From an uncultured Acidobacteriota bacterium (GTDB lineage: Bacteria; Acidobacteriota; UBA6911), in NCBI GenBank assembly GCA_963827655.1, contig CAWHCF010000044.1, forward strand, positions 32,001-96,000: a stretch of 64,000 nt of DNA, given 5' to 3'. Position numbers and translations under genes: made by a program. Each line of letters begins with the position of its first letter. The first letter of the stretch is position 1. Below, piece after piece: positions 1 through 10,412 of the stretch. The notes below the pieces were generated by a model, which was given only the letters and a program-made list of their open reading frames with translations, searched no databases and was not told the DNA's origin.

Positions 1-529
1 CCGCGGTTTGCCGGCCAAACCAGGCGGAAAAGAGATGGATGTCTACCGCTCCCAGAGCGTGGGACACGTGATCGAGTGCGAAGGAGGTTATATCGCCGGC
101 ACCACCGCCTATGACAATCAGGGTAAGGAGATCAAGAAGTTCACCGGCAGCGAGCGGGAAGCTCACTTCGAAAACTTCATTAAAGCAGTCCGCAGCCGCA
201 AGCCGTCAGACCTCAACGCTCCCATCCTCGAGGGGCACCTCTCGAGCGCACTCTGCCACACGGGCAACATCTCGTATCAGCTCGGCAAGCAGACCAGCCC
301 CGAGGAGATTCAAGATGCCCTCAAGGCCGACAAGGCGGCGTGCGAGACACTCGAACGTTTTACCGCGCACCTTGCGACACACGGCATCGACCTGAAGAGC
401 ACAAAGCCAACTTTTGGCCCGCATCTCAAGATGGATCCCAAGACGGAGCGATTCATCGGCAATGACAAAGCTAACCAGCTTCTCACCCAGGAATATCGCA
501 AGCCGTTCGTGGTAACAGAGAAAGTCTGA
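1..529 (+). CDS. Gfo/Idh/MocA-family oxidoreductase, C-terminal part (5' truncated by window)
   Basis: Open frame to stop at 529; C-terminal motifs HFENFIKAVRSRK, GHLSSALCHTGNISY and EYRKPF are typical of this family. Confidence 0.8.
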   Translation, partial: RGLPAKPGGKEMDVYRSQSVGHVIECEGGYIAGTTAYDNQGKEIKKFTGSEREAHFENFIKAVRSRKPSDLNAPILEGHLSSALCHTGNISYQLGKQTSPEEIQDALKADKAACETLERFTAHLATHGIDLKSTKPTFGPHLKMDPKTERFIGNDKANQLLTQEYRKPFVVTEKV

Positions 530-551
530 CCCCGACGATACTCTCAGGTTG

Positions 552-597
552 AACGCGGAGAACGCGAAACAATCCTTCATACAGCGTTCTCCGCGTT
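552..597. repeat. Inverted 9-nt-period repeat forming a hairpin after the oxidoreductase stop
   Basis: AACGCGGAGAACGC ... GCGTTCTCCGCGTT, perfect inverted pair. Confidence 0.7.
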
Positions 598-712
598 CGG
601 CCGGTTCCCGAAAAGATTGGTTTCAACCACCCGCGCAGCTAAAGGCGCGCTCTTGTGTGCGCAAGCTCTCGATTGACCGGGAGCCTTTTGGCTTGTGTGG
701 CGCGAGTCATCA

Positions 713-914
713 GAGACTGTTGCAAAACTCGCCCGCTTCGTGTGCGGACGGGCTATCAAGCCCGTCCGGCCCCCGATTGGCACCAACGATCTCTTTAAGC
801 GGCAAATCATTCCGATCGCAGTATTTGCGACGGGCCTGATAGCCCGTCGCCACATGTGCTCGGACAAATATCTGAGCCGATCTACAGGGGAGCGCCGAGT
901 TTTGCAACGGTCTC
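713..914. mobile_element. MITE (non-autonomous, IS1182-like ends) with an internal inverted REP-like pair
   Basis: 19-bp TIRs GAGACTGTTGCAAAACTCG (713-731) and CGAGTTTTGCAACGGTCTC (896-914), 1 mismatch; ATCA duplicated at 709-712 and 915-918; no transposase ORF. Confidence 0.8.
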
Positions 915-1014
915 ATCAGACCCGTGGCTCGAGTTTGCGACATTTTGCGGGCCGTCCGATCTCGCCAGTATGAGCATCTTGCCGACCGGAAATACCGACT
1001 CGTGACCCAAACAC

Positions 1015-1704
1015 CTAGTCTTCGGATAGCGCCACACGGAAGCCATAGTCGGTGTAACGGAACGTTGGATCAAGCGAGCTGCGCGCGGAGCAGCGCGTCA
1101 CTTTTATTTGATGCCGCCAGGAGCCGCCGCGCGATGCCTTTCGCCGGCCCGATGGAGGACCTTGGGGATTCGATCTAGGGCTTGCCCGGTAATAATCCTT
1201 TCCATACCAATCCAGGCACCATTCGTGAACGTTGTCAGCCAGATTGCAGAGGCCGAATGCATTGGCCGGCCCACCCACCAATTCGGGACCTCCTTCTAAC
1301 CATCGACGGCCATACTCGCCAGTATCACGCTCAGCAGTTTCGCCCCACGGGTATGCCGTCGTTGTGCCTCCTCTGCAGGCCAGCTCCCTTTCAGCTTCAG
1401 TCGGCAGCCGGTAGCGCTTTCCCTGTTGCCGGCTCAGCCATTCGCAGTAGGCCGCGGCTTCGAACCAGTTGACCGCCACGACGGGCTGATCCGGGTGATT
1501 GAAGCGAGGGTCGTTCCAGCAGACAGGAGCGGCAATGCCACTCTCCCTGAGAAAGAGCGCGTATTCCCGATTGGTAACCGCGCAACGACCCAGATAGAAG
1601 GGAGCGAGTTCGACCGTGTGCGGCGGAGCCTCGTCCTCTTGCCCCGCGTCGCTTCCCATAACGAACGTTCCTCCCGGAACAAGAATCAGCAAGAGGGGCT
1701 CCAT
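1015..1704 (-). CDS. Formylglycine-generating-enzyme (FGE/SUMF1) domain protein
   Basis: PGGTFVMGS, PVVAVNW, RLPTEAERE, NVHEWC, RGGSW and GFR motifs. Confidence 0.9.
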   Translation of the reverse strand: MEPLLLILVPGGTFVMGSDAGQEDEAPPHTVELAPFYLGRCAVTNREYALFLRESGIAAPVCWNDPRFNHPDQPVVAVNWFEAAAYCEWLSRQQGKRYRLPTEAERELACRGGTTTAYPWGETAERDTGEYGRRWLEGGPELVGGPANAFGLCNLADNVHEWCLDWYGKDYYRASPRSNPQGPPSGRRKASRGGSWRHQIKVTRCSARSSLDPTFRYTDYGFRVALSED

Positions 1705-1999
1705 CGGTCAATCCTGATCGGACCGTCGTTTTCTCTTTCGGCCAGGCCGGTACGCCAAAAGCAGGAATATTCTGCCGGCCTTTATTGCTCATCAACTAAT
1801 CACCAATCGAATTAGAACATTACAACATCCAGGCGTCTTCGCGCTTAAGCCTGAAACGCGAAGCTCCTCCAATCGGTTTCTCCCGTGATCGCAATATGAT
1901 AAGATTCTTGCTCTTATCGCGACGGCCCGGCAGGGTACGACGAGGCGTCGAAGACGTTGGTTACGGATGCAATCGGGAATACATCAGGAGGATAGAACG

Positions 2000-2434
2000 A
2001 TGATTAAAACTGCAAAGACAGCTGCTCTCGGCTTCTTACTTACCGCGCTGGCACTGGTGAACTTTCAGGCTTTCAGCCAGGATGACAAGGCTCCCAAGGA
2101 TATTCAAACAAAGAAAAACCCCGTAGCCTCATCGGATGCGGTGCTCGCTAAAGCCAAAGCCAATTATGAAGAGAACTGTTTGATGTGCCACGGCGAGACC
2201 GGCAAGGGGGATGGACCGATGGCCAGTATGTTGAAAGAGAGACCGGCCGACATTTCAGACGCCAAGATCCTGGCTGAGGTAACGGACGGTGAAATCTTCT
2301 GGATCATCACCAAAGGGAAAAAACCGATGCCCCCCTTTGAAACCAAGCTCTCCGAGGAAGACCGCTGGAGTCTGGTTCACCTGATGCGAACCATGTCGAA
2401 AACTAAACCAAATACCAACCCCAAGTCCCAATAG
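2000..2434 (+). CDS. Exported monoheme cytochrome c
   Basis: Signal peptide, CLMCH heme motif, distal Met in KPMP; AGGAGG RBS before ATG 2000. Confidence 0.9.
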   Translation: MIKTAKTAALGFLLTALALVNFQAFSQDDKAPKDIQTKKNPVASSDAVLAKAKANYEENCLMCHGETGKGDGPMASMLKERPADISDAKILAEVTDGEIFWIITKGKKPMPPFETKLSEEDRWSLVHLMRTMSKTKPNTNPKSQ

Positions 2435-2548
2435 CAAGCTTCGGGCACCCGCCTGTGGAGCCCACCCGCCTCCGACCGCCCGGCATGAGCGGCTGCGGCA
2501 CTTTGTGTCGCAGCCGGGAAGATTACCTTACCAACGGCGCCAAATAGC

Positions 2549-3397
2549 ATGGCCTGGTTCAAGAAGGAAAAGAGTCCGCTGGCCGTCACACGGGAAGAGG
2601 ATAAGACCGTCCGGACCGAAGGTCTTTTCACCAAATGCGAGAACTGCCGGGGAATTATCTGGAAGAAAGACCTTGAAGCTAACGACCAGGTTTGTCCAAA
2701 GTGTAATCACCATTTCAAAATCGGCGCGCTTGCGCGCCTGGGTCTGTTGTTTGACGAGGGGTCATTCCAGACTTTTGACGAGGACCTGGTTTCCCCCGAT
2801 CCGCTCCGGTTCATCGATCGCCAGCCTTATGCTCAGAAACTGGAATCTGCGCGGCGCGCCACGAACTTGAACGACGCCGTCGTGAATGCCCAGGGAAAGC
2901 TGGGCGGACGGCTTACTTTGATCTCGGCCATGGAATATGGCTTCATCGGCGGTTCGATGGGATCAGTCGTCGGAGAGATGATTACTCTCTCGGTCGAAAA
3001 GGCCGCGCATGAAAGAATTCCCCTTATTGTGGTGTCAGCGTCCGGAGGTGCGCGCATGCACGAAGGGACCCTGTCACTGATGCAAATGGGAAAAGTCAGC
3101 GCCGCCCTGGGCCGCCTTGACGATGCGCGCGTCCCTTTCATCTCGGTTCTGACCAATCCAACCACCGGTGGTGTCACGGCCAGCTATGCCATGCTGGGAG
3201 ACCTCAACATCGCCGAACCAGGAGCTCTTATCGGCTTCGCCGGACCCCGAGTCATCGAGCAAACGATACGACAAAAACTCCCCAAGGGATTTCAGCGCTC
3301 CGAATTTCTTTTGGAGCACGGAATGCTGGATGCGATCGTAGACCGCCGCGACCTTCGCAACTATCTGATTAACTCGCTCGACTTCTTCCTTTCCTGA
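2549..3397 (+). CDS. accD: Acetyl-CoA carboxylase carboxyltransferase beta subunit
   Basis: CENC/CPKC zinc finger, GGSMGSVVGE, SGGARM, PTTGGV, FAGPRVIEQT. Confidence 0.97.
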   Translation: MAWFKKEKSPLAVTREEDKTVRTEGLFTKCENCRGIIWKKDLEANDQVCPKCNHHFKIGALARLGLLFDEGSFQTFDEDLVSPDPLRFIDRQPYAQKLESARRATNLNDAVVNAQGKLGGRLTLISAMEYGFIGGSMGSVVGEMITLSVEKAAHERIPLIVVSASGGARMHEGTLSLMQMGKVSAALGRLDDARVPFISVLTNPTTGGVTASYAMLGDLNIAEPGALIGFAGPRVIEQTIRQKLPKGFQRSEFLLEHGMLDAIVDRRDLRNYLINSLDFFLS

Positions 3398-3402
3398 AAT
3401 AA

Positions 3403-4818
3403 GTGAACTACAGAGAGTCCCTCGACTTCCTCTATAGCCGGGGGAACGAAGTTAAGGACATTCACCTGGGGCTGATTCGTATCAGGACTCTGATGCGAGA
3501 GCTGGGGAATCCGCACGACCAATTTGCCGTCCTGCATATTGCCGGCACCAACGGGAAAGGGAGCGTTGCCGCGATGGCCGAGTCGATCCTGAGGCACACC
3601 GGCCGGCGAACCGGACTCTTTACCTCACCCCATCTTCGAAGGATCGAGGAACGCATTCGGGTGAACGGTCGCGAGATCTCGCCGCGCGCTCTTGCCCGGC
3701 TGGTTTCACGGGTTCGCTCGAAAGAAGAGGCGCTGCTTCGAGAACAGCGGATCGATCACCGGCTCACCTTCTTCGAGCTGGTGACTGCCTGCGCGTTTCT
3801 GCACTTCTCCGAGACCAGGGTGCAGATCGCCGTGACTGAAGTGGGCCTGGGCGGCCGTCTCGATGCCACCAACATCGTCTCCCCGCGGGCCTGCGTGATC
3901 ACCGGAATCTCTTACGATCATCAGAACCTGCTGGGGAAAACCCTGGGAGCGATCGCGCGAGAGAAGGCCGGCATCGTAAAACCTGGGGTTCCGGTTGTTT
4001 CGGGATGCACTCAGCCGGACGCGATACGGGTTCTTCGGAAGCAAGCAGACCGCGCAGGAGCGCCGATTCTGGAGATCGACCGGCAGTGCGCCATCCGCAT
4101 CACCGGGAAGCGGCAGGGGCATTACTCCATGGATTTTGAGACCCCGCGTTCCATCTACCGCAACTTGAGACTCTCACTGGCGGGTCGTTTTCAGGCGCGC
4201 AACGCTGCGCTTGCTATCGCGGCCGTCGAAGCCCTCGTAGACGGCCCGGCCAGCCGGAACGCGGTTCGGCGCGGCCTCGCAACCACTCGGTGGCCCGGAA
4301 GGCTTGATGAATATCGGGCCCAGCGCCGCACTCTGCTCGACGGCGCGCACAATCCCGAAGCGGTCCAATTGCTGCGCGATCACCTCGAGCAGGAAAATAT
4401 CGACCCGGTGTATCTCGTGTTCGGCGCCATGAGCGACAAAAATCTCAGCCGGATGGGGAAGCTACTCTTCCCTATCGCGCGCAGCATTCATCTTGCGCGC
4501 ATCTCAAATCCTCGATCGGCAGAGCCGCGCGTTATCGCCGCGCTGCACAGGCAGTTCCGTTCGCGCATCCACTTGCACGCAAACGCCCGATCGGCCCTGC
4601 AGGCGGCGTGGAAGGAGTGCCCACGGGATGGGATCGTGGTCGTCACCGGCTCGCTTTACCTTCTTGGAGAAGTGCTCCCACTGGTAGAAGCCGCCGTAAA
4701 GCAACGAAAGAAACTGCCAGGTTCACGGGCGACTTCGCGTCTTCGCGGATTCACTCAAGACTCAGGAGAAAGTCGCCGGAGTTCACCGCCTTTCCTTCTT
4801 CAACGCCGATCTCTTTAA
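3403..4818 (+). CDS. folC: Folylpolyglutamate synthase/dihydrofolate synthase
   Basis: HIAGTNGKGS, FTSPHL, EVGLGGRLDATN, LDGAHN, VTGSLYL; conserved accD-folC order. Confidence 0.96.
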   Translation: MNYRESLDFLYSRGNEVKDIHLGLIRIRTLMRELGNPHDQFAVLHIAGTNGKGSVAAMAESILRHTGRRTGLFTSPHLRRIEERIRVNGREISPRALARLVSRVRSKEEALLREQRIDHRLTFFELVTACAFLHFSETRVQIAVTEVGLGGRLDATNIVSPRACVITGISYDHQNLLGKTLGAIAREKAGIVKPGVPVVSGCTQPDAIRVLRKQADRAGAPILEIDRQCAIRITGKRQGHYSMDFETPRSIYRNLRLSLAGRFQARNAALAIAAVEALVDGPASRNAVRRGLATTRWPGRLDEYRAQRRTLLDGAHNPEAVQLLRDHLEQENIDPVYLVFGAMSDKNLSRMGKLLFPIARSIHLARISNPRSAEPRVIAALHRQFRSRIHLHANARSALQAAWKECPRDGIVVVTGSLYLLGEVLPLVEAAVKQRKKLPGSRATSRLRGFTQDSGESRRSSPPFLLQRRSL

Positions 4819-5248
4819 CTACTCCACTCTTCGGAGCCCGGATTTCGTTCTGCATTTTCATGGCTTCTATGACCACCAGGCCCTGATCCAACGCGACCTC
4901 GTCTCCGACTTTGCATAACAGGCGGATTACTTTTCCGGGCATCTCGGCGACCATGCGCTGGAGACCGGAAACCCCGACTTCGCCGCGACCTCCCGCGCCG
5001 ATGCGCCGGTGATCGGCGATCCGCAGCCGAAAGACTCCTTGTCGCGTGCTGACCGAACAGCCGTCGTCGGAAAGCTCAACGAAGATGTCGTATACCCGCC
5101 CGTCTATTATGAGTGAATAGTTCCCGTTCTGAAGTTTGACGTAGTCACACGGAACTTCACGGCCGTCCAGCAGCACCTTGCCGACTCCGAAAGCGCCCTT
5201 CAGCTCAACCGGAATGCGTTGTTCGCCGCAGAATATTTCGAGCAACAT
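4751..5248 (-). CDS. Biotin carboxyl carrier (biotin/lipoyl attachment) protein
   Basis: EAMKMQNEI biotinylation motif; MPGKVI. Confidence 0.93.
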   Translation of the reverse strand: MLLEIFCGEQRIPVELKGAFGVGKVLLDGREVPCDYVKLQNGNYSLIIDGRVYDIFVELSDDGCSVSTRQGVFRLRIADHRRIGAGGRGEVGVSGLQRMVAEMPGKVIRLLCKVGDEVALDQGLVVIEAMKMQNEIRAPKSGVVKEIGVEEGKAVNSGDFLLSLE

Positions 5249-5282
5249 CTCCCCAAGCCACAGTTCTAAGCGTCTTCGTGAC

Positions 5283-6809
5283 TTAACGCGAAGCCCGCCA
5301 CTTTTTCCCTGAGACGCCGCCGACGGGCCTGGAATTCATTTTCCAGCGGTTGTTCCGGAGCGGCCTGACGATCGATGGCGGAGCGGATGAGCGATCGCGG
5401 TACGCAAGGGCCGCCGCCACCACCGCGGCGTCGGGAACCTCTGCCGGCTGATCTGTGGTATTCGACTCGCGCTGCATGAACTCTTCGATGAAATGGGTCG
5501 AAAGCCGTCCCGCCTCAAACTCAGGATCCGAGAGGATCCGGTCGAAGAACCGCAGATTCGTCTTGATCCCGCCTATCTGGTATTCACCGATGGCGCGCTT
5601 CATTCGTTCTATAGCCTGGGGCCGGTCGGCGCCGAAGGTTATGAGCTTGGCGATCAGCGGATCATAGTAGAAGGGCACCTCCCATCCTTCATAGACCCCG
5701 GAGTCGACTCGCACCCAAGGTCCCTGCGGCTCTAGCAACCGCTGAATGACGCCAGGAGATGGAAAGAACTTGTTATCGGGGTCCTCTGCGTATATTCGGC
5801 ATTCAAGGGCCCAACCCCGGAGTCGAACATCTCGCTGGCGCAAGGTCAGTCGTTCGCCGGCAGCAATCCGGAATTGTTCCCGGACCAGGTCGAGGCCGGT
5901 CACCATTTCGGTCACCGGATGCTCGACCTGAAGCCGCGTATTCATCTCCAGAAAGTAGAAATTCTTGTCTTCGTCCAGCAGAAACTCCACGGTCCCTGCG
6001 TTTTCGTAGTTTGCCGCGCGAACCACCTTGAGGGCCGCTTTTCCCATCCGCCGCCGCAGGTCGTCGTCGAGCGCCGGACTCGGAGACTCCTCGATCACTT
6101 TCTGGTGGCGCCTTTGTATCGAACACTCCCGCTCTCCGAGATAGATTGAATTTCCATAGCGGTCTGCCAGGACTTGAATCTCGACGTGCCTGGGACGCGC
6201 GACGAACTTCTCGAGATACAACGCCGGGTCGCTAAAGGCGCGGAGAGCCTCGGATGCAGCAGCTTCAAACGAGGCCGCCATCCGCGACTCGGTCTCGACC
6301 AGGCGCATTCCCTTGCCGCCCCCGCCTGCTGCCGCCTTCAACATGACAGGGTAGCCGATAGCGCGCGCTTCCACGATCGCTTCCTGGGGGGAATCGAGCG
6401 GCCTGTGTGTCCCCGGAACAATGGGAACCCCCTGCTGCAAGAGGGCCGAGCGCGCCTGAGTCTTGTTGCCCATGAGCCGTATAGAATCGGCCGAAGGACC
6501 AATCATCGGGATTCCCGCAGCCGCGCATGCCTCGGCAAACCGCGGATTTTCCGAGAGAAAGCCATAACCCGGATGAATGGCATCAGCGCCGCAGCGCTGC
6601 GCCGCTTTCAGTATGTTCTCGAACACCAGATAACTTTCCGAGGAAGGCGGAGCGCCCACAAGGTAGGCTTCGTCCGCCATTCGAACATGGAGCGCGCCCC
6701 GATCCGCCTCCGAATAAATGGCAATGGGCGAAATTCCCAGGTCGCGGCAGGCACGCGCAATACGCACTGCGATCTCGCCTCGATTGGCAATCAGCACCTT
6801 GCGAAACAT
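5283..6809 (-). CDS. accC: Acetyl/propionyl-CoA carboxylase biotin carboxylase subunit
   Basis: KVLIANRGEIA, HPGYGFLSEN, GGGGKGMR, EMNTRLQVEHPVTE. Confidence 0.95.
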   Translation of the reverse strand: MFRKVLIANRGEIAVRIARACRDLGISPIAIYSEADRGALHVRMADEAYLVGAPPSSESYLVFENILKAAQRCGADAIHPGYGFLSENPRFAEACAAAGIPMIGPSADSIRLMGNKTQARSALLQQGVPIVPGTHRPLDSPQEAIVEARAIGYPVMLKAAAGGGGKGMRLVETESRMAASFEAAASEALRAFSDPALYLEKFVARPRHVEIQVLADRYGNSIYLGERECSIQRRHQKVIEESPSPALDDDLRRRMGKAALKVVRAANYENAGTVEFLLDEDKNFYFLEMNTRLQVEHPVTEMVTGLDLVREQFRIAAGERLTLRQRDVRLRGWALECRIYAEDPDNKFFPSPGVIQRLLEPQGPWVRVDSGVYEGWEVPFYYDPLIAKLITFGADRPQAIERMKRAIGEYQIGGIKTNLRFFDRILSDPEFEAGRLSTHFIEEFMQRESNTTDQPAEVPDAAVVAAALAYRDRSSAPPSIVRPLRNNRWKMNSRPVGGVSGKKWRASR

Positions 6810-6968
6810 AATGGGTTACCCAGTATAGAAGCGAACGGACGATTTCACCACAAGGACGCAGCTATCAGCAAACAGCTGTCAGGGTCAGCCTTGGAGTCAT
6901 CGAGGTAAAACGAATGCGTACGTCTCCGAGCTGATGGGCTGACAGCTGACCGCTTACCGCCGGCTGGT

Positions 6969-8519
6969 TTAGAGCGGGATATTGCCGTGCTTGCGCGCCG
7001 GATTGGTATCGCGCTTGTTCTCCAGCATACTCAAGCCGGTGATCAATTTTTTCCGGGTAAGACGCGGCTCGATAATCTCATCGACAAAACCACGCTGGGC
7101 TGCGATGTAGGGAGAGGCAAATTTGGCGCGAAACTCTTTCACCTTCTGAGCCCGAAACTCCGCCGGGTCCGGAGCCGCCCGTAGCTCGTTCCGGTATAGA
7201 ATGTTCACCGCACCCTCCGGACCCATGACTGCAATCTCGGCGGTCGGATAAGCATAGTTAAGGTCGGTCCGGATGTGCTTCGAGGCCATCACGCAATAGG
7301 CCCCGCCATAGGCTTTCCGGGTGATTACAGTTATCTTGGGGACGGTCGCCTCGGCATAGGCATAGAGCAGTTTCGCCCCGTGCTTGATGATGCCGCCAAA
7401 CTCCTGCGCCGTTCCCGGCAGGAACCCTGGAACGTCCTCAAACGTGATAATCGGAATATTAAACGCGTCGCAAAAGCGCACAAACCGCGCTCCCTTGACC
7501 GAGGCCGCGATATCGAGCGTGCCGGCAAGGATGGCTGGCTGGTTGGCGACAATTCCTACGGGACGGCCGTCGAGCCGCGCGAAACCTACGACCAGGTTCC
7601 GAGCGTAATGCTTTTGAACCTCGAAGAAGTAGTGCTTGTCGACGACGATCTTGATGATTTCTTTAATGTCGTAAGGCTGATCCGGCTCCACGGGGACCAT
7701 CCCATTCAACTCTTCATTCTCGCGATCCCGTGAATCAGACGTAGGCCGGACGGGAGGATCCTCCATGTTGTTGCTGGGAAGGAACGACAGCAATTCGCGA
7801 ATCGTGGCCAGACACTCACGGTCATCCGTGACCGCGAAATGCGCCACGCCGCTGGTCGCATTGTGAGTCATCGCTCCACCCAGGTCGTTCATAGTCACTT
7901 CTTCATGCGTGACCGTCTTGATTACGTCGGGACCGGTGACAAACATGTAGCTCGAGCCCACTACCATCAAAACGAAATCCGTAATGGCAGGCGAGTAGAC
8001 GGCGCCGCCGGCGCAAGGTCCCATGATGGCCGAGATCTGAGGGACGACACCGCTGGCCAGCGTGTTTCGGAGAAAGATATCCGCGTAACCGCCGAGACTC
8101 ACCACCCCTTCCTGAATGCGGGCCCCGCCCGAGTCATTGAGACCTATGATCGGAGCGCCCACTTTCATGGCCATGTCCATGACCTTGCAGATCTTTTCGG
8201 CATAGGTCTCACTCAGACTTCCTCCGAAAACTGTGAAGTCCTGCGCGAAAACGTAAGTCAGGCGGCCGTCGATTCGTCCGTAGCCGGTTACAACCCCGTC
8301 CCCCGGAATTTTCTGAGCCGGCATGCCGAAATCAGAACAGCGATGCTCGACGAATTTGTCCATCTCCTCGAATGACCCCTCATCCAGGAGAAAGTGAATT
8401 CGTTCTCTCGCGGTTAATTTGGATGCGTCGTGCTGGCGTTTCTGCCTTTCGGGTCCGCCCCCCTCTTCGGCCCGCCGATGGAGTGATTCAAGTTCAGCCA
8501 GCTTCTGTGCAATATCCAT
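6969..8519 (-). CDS. pccB: Acyl-CoA (propionyl/methylmalonyl-CoA) carboxyltransferase beta subunit
   Basis: [40 protein letters not shown]-terminal KHGNIPL. Confidence 0.92.
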   Translation of the reverse strand: MDIAQKLAELESLHRRAEEGGGPERQKRQHDASKLTARERIHFLLDEGSFEEMDKFVEHRCSDFGMPAQKIPGDGVVTGYGRIDGRLTYVFAQDFTVFGGSLSETYAEKICKVMDMAMKVGAPIIGLNDSGGARIQEGVVSLGGYADIFLRNTLASGVVPQISAIMGPCAGGAVYSPAITDFVLMVVGSSYMFVTGPDVIKTVTHEEVTMNDLGGAMTHNATSGVAHFAVTDDRECLATIRELLSFLPSNNMEDPPVRPTSDSRDRENEELNGMVPVEPDQPYDIKEIIKIVVDKHYFFEVQKHYARNLVVGFARLDGRPVGIVANQPAILAGTLDIAASVKGARFVRFCDAFNIPIITFEDVPGFLPGTAQEFGGIIKHGAKLLYAYAEATVPKITVITRKAYGGAYCVMASKHIRTDLNYAYPTAEIAVMGPEGAVNILYRNELRAAPDPAEFRAQKVKEFRAKFASPYIAAQRGFVDEIIEPRLTRKKLITGLSMLENKRDTNPARKHGNIPL

Positions 8520-8577
8520 GGGAACAGTAGGTAGGCGGTAGGCAGGAGCAGCAGTAAACAGTGAGCGGCGGTTCTGC

Positions 8578-9240
8578 TTACCGCCTGCTGCCTACTGCAT
8601 CTGCCATTTTCTCCCAATCCTTGAGGAATCGCTCCAGCCCGATGTCCGTGAGCGGATGCTTCAGCAGCTGCTCCAGGACTTTATAAGGCATGGTGGCTAC
8701 GTGGGCCCCAAGTATGGCGGCTTCGCGAACGTGCAGCGGGTTGCGGCAGCTCGCCACCAGAATCTGTGTCTTGAACTGGTAATTGCGAAAAACCTGAACC
8801 AGATCGGCAATCAGACTCATACCAACCTGGCTGATGTCATCAAACCTTCCTACGAATGGAGAGACGTACGTCGCCCCGAGCCGCGCCGCGATCAAGGCCT
8901 GATTCACCGTGAAGCACAGAGTGACATTCGTATTAATACCTTCGCTCGATAGCTGCTTGAGCGCCTTCATCCCTTCCTTGATCATCGGCACCTTTACCAC
9001 GATATTCTGGTGCACCTTCGCCAGGTCGTAGGCTTCCCGAAGAATTCCCGCGCAATCCGTGCTCACAACCTCAGCGCTGATTGGACCATCTACGAGCCTG
9101 GTGATTTCGCGCAGGACATCCTTAAAATCGCGCCCCTCCTTGGCAACCAGTGATGGATTGGTCGTGACGCCGTCGATCATGCCGTACTCCGCGGCGTCTC
9201 TGATTTCTTCAATGTTCGCTGTATCCAAGAAGAATTTCAT
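8578..9240 (-). CDS. tal: Transaldolase (TalC/FSA family)
   Basis: [14 protein letters not shown], Schiff-base Lys in VVKVP; Glu in SAEV and Phe in SPFVGR favour transaldolase over FSA. Confidence 0.9.
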   Translation of the reverse strand: MKFFLDTANIEEIRDAAEYGMIDGVTTNPSLVAKEGRDFKDVLREITRLVDGPISAEVVSTDCAGILREAYDLAKVHQNIVVKVPMIKEGMKALKQLSSEGINTNVTLCFTVNQALIAARLGATYVSPFVGRFDDISQVGMSLIADLVQVFRNYQFKTQILVASCRNPLHVREAAILGAHVATMPYKVLEQLLKHPLTDIGLERFLKDWEKMADAVGSRR

Positions 9241-9341
9241 GGTTCCCTTCCTCTCTTTTCAAAGATCATACGTGTCAGGCCTTGAAAATTCAATTTCTCG
9301 TGGTAATCCGACGTGCACAAGATCGACCCCAGATTGAATCT

Positions 9342-10412
9342 TCAGGGCCTGACATGTATTTTCGCGGGCATTCCCTCATTCCCGTTGCCGTCGACCGCGG
9401 CTACGTCGTACTCATAGCTCTTGCCTGATTGCACGGTCTCGTCACGATAGCTCAGGGTTGTGATCAGACTGCTCTGGAGCGCAACACGATCACCGGCGCC
9501 TACCTCCTGGCGATGGATCTTATAGCCCGAAACGTCGGTTTCAGCCGGAGCCGCCCAGAGCAGGATTACCACGCCCGACTCGACCACGGCATCAAGCTGG
9601 ACCGGCTTCCCGGGAGGAAACGTATCTCGGGTTACAATCCTGACCGGCTTCGAACGGGCGCTTTCTGCGTAAGGATTCTCGGTGCTGGTTATCACGCTGA
9701 CTGCGTAGTGATAGGTCTTGTCAAACTGAAAATTCCGGTCTTCGAACTCCGGCGCCTGAAGCAGCTCTTTGTTCAGAGGAACATCAGGCAATGGCTGGGA
9801 TTCTTCCGTACGGTAGACGTTGTATCCCGCAATCCCGGGCGGTCGAGTGCCATCGACGTTTTCGGCCGGAGGGGTCCAGTTCAACCGCACCATATCCTGA
9901 GCAGGAGTCAACCGCAGATCAGCTGGCGCTGCCGGGACAGCGATGGGCGCCAGGTTGACTTGATTGCTGAATCCAGCCGTCTCATTCCTCTTGTTAACGA
10001 ATCGCACGGCATAGTAGAAGCGAAGTGAACGATCGCCGGCGGCCAAGTCGTCTTGAAACACCAGGGTTCCGTCTCGGGCGTAGCCGTCGAACTTGTCCGG
10101 CGGAATCCGGAGCAGAAGCTCGGCGCGTCCGAGAAACTCCTCATCGCTCCACTGACGTGGACCATCGGTTCGTTCTTGCGTCAAGCGAAACACCTCCACT
10201 GCCCCAGGATTAGTAAAAGGGGAACCGTCGGTGTTCGAGACCGGCATCGACACGGTAAGCATGGCCTTGTCGGAGTATTGGCGCACCTGGAGATCGGCCG
10301 GAGGCTTCGGGACTTGCACTCGAGGAGGTTGAGGGTCGCCGGTCTTCGCGCATCCAACGAACAATACCGGAAAGACGAGCACAAGCACAGCGGGGAGACG
10401 CACGGGGGACAT
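9342..10412 (-). CDS. Lipoprotein with fibronectin type III-like repeats
   Basis: Lipobox FVGC followed by AKTGDPQPP; W...GYNVYR...Y.YAV FN3 patterns; abuts hslU stop. Confidence 0.8.
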   Translation of the reverse strand: MSPVRLPAVLVLVFPVLFVGCAKTGDPQPPRVQVPKPPADLQVRQYSDKAMLTVSMPVSNTDGSPFTNPGAVEVFRLTQERTDGPRQWSDEEFLGRAELLLRIPPDKFDGYARDGTLVFQDDLAAGDRSLRFYYAVRFVNKRNETAGFSNQVNLAPIAVPAAPADLRLTPAQDMVRLNWTPPAENVDGTRPPGIAGYNVYRTEESQPLPDVPLNKELLQAPEFEDRNFQFDKTYHYAVSVITSTENPYAESARSKPVRIVTRDTFPPGKPVQLDAVVESGVVILLWAAPAETDVSGYKIHRQEVGAGDRVALQSSLITTLSYRDETVQSGKSYEYDVAAVDGNGNEGMPAKIHVRP

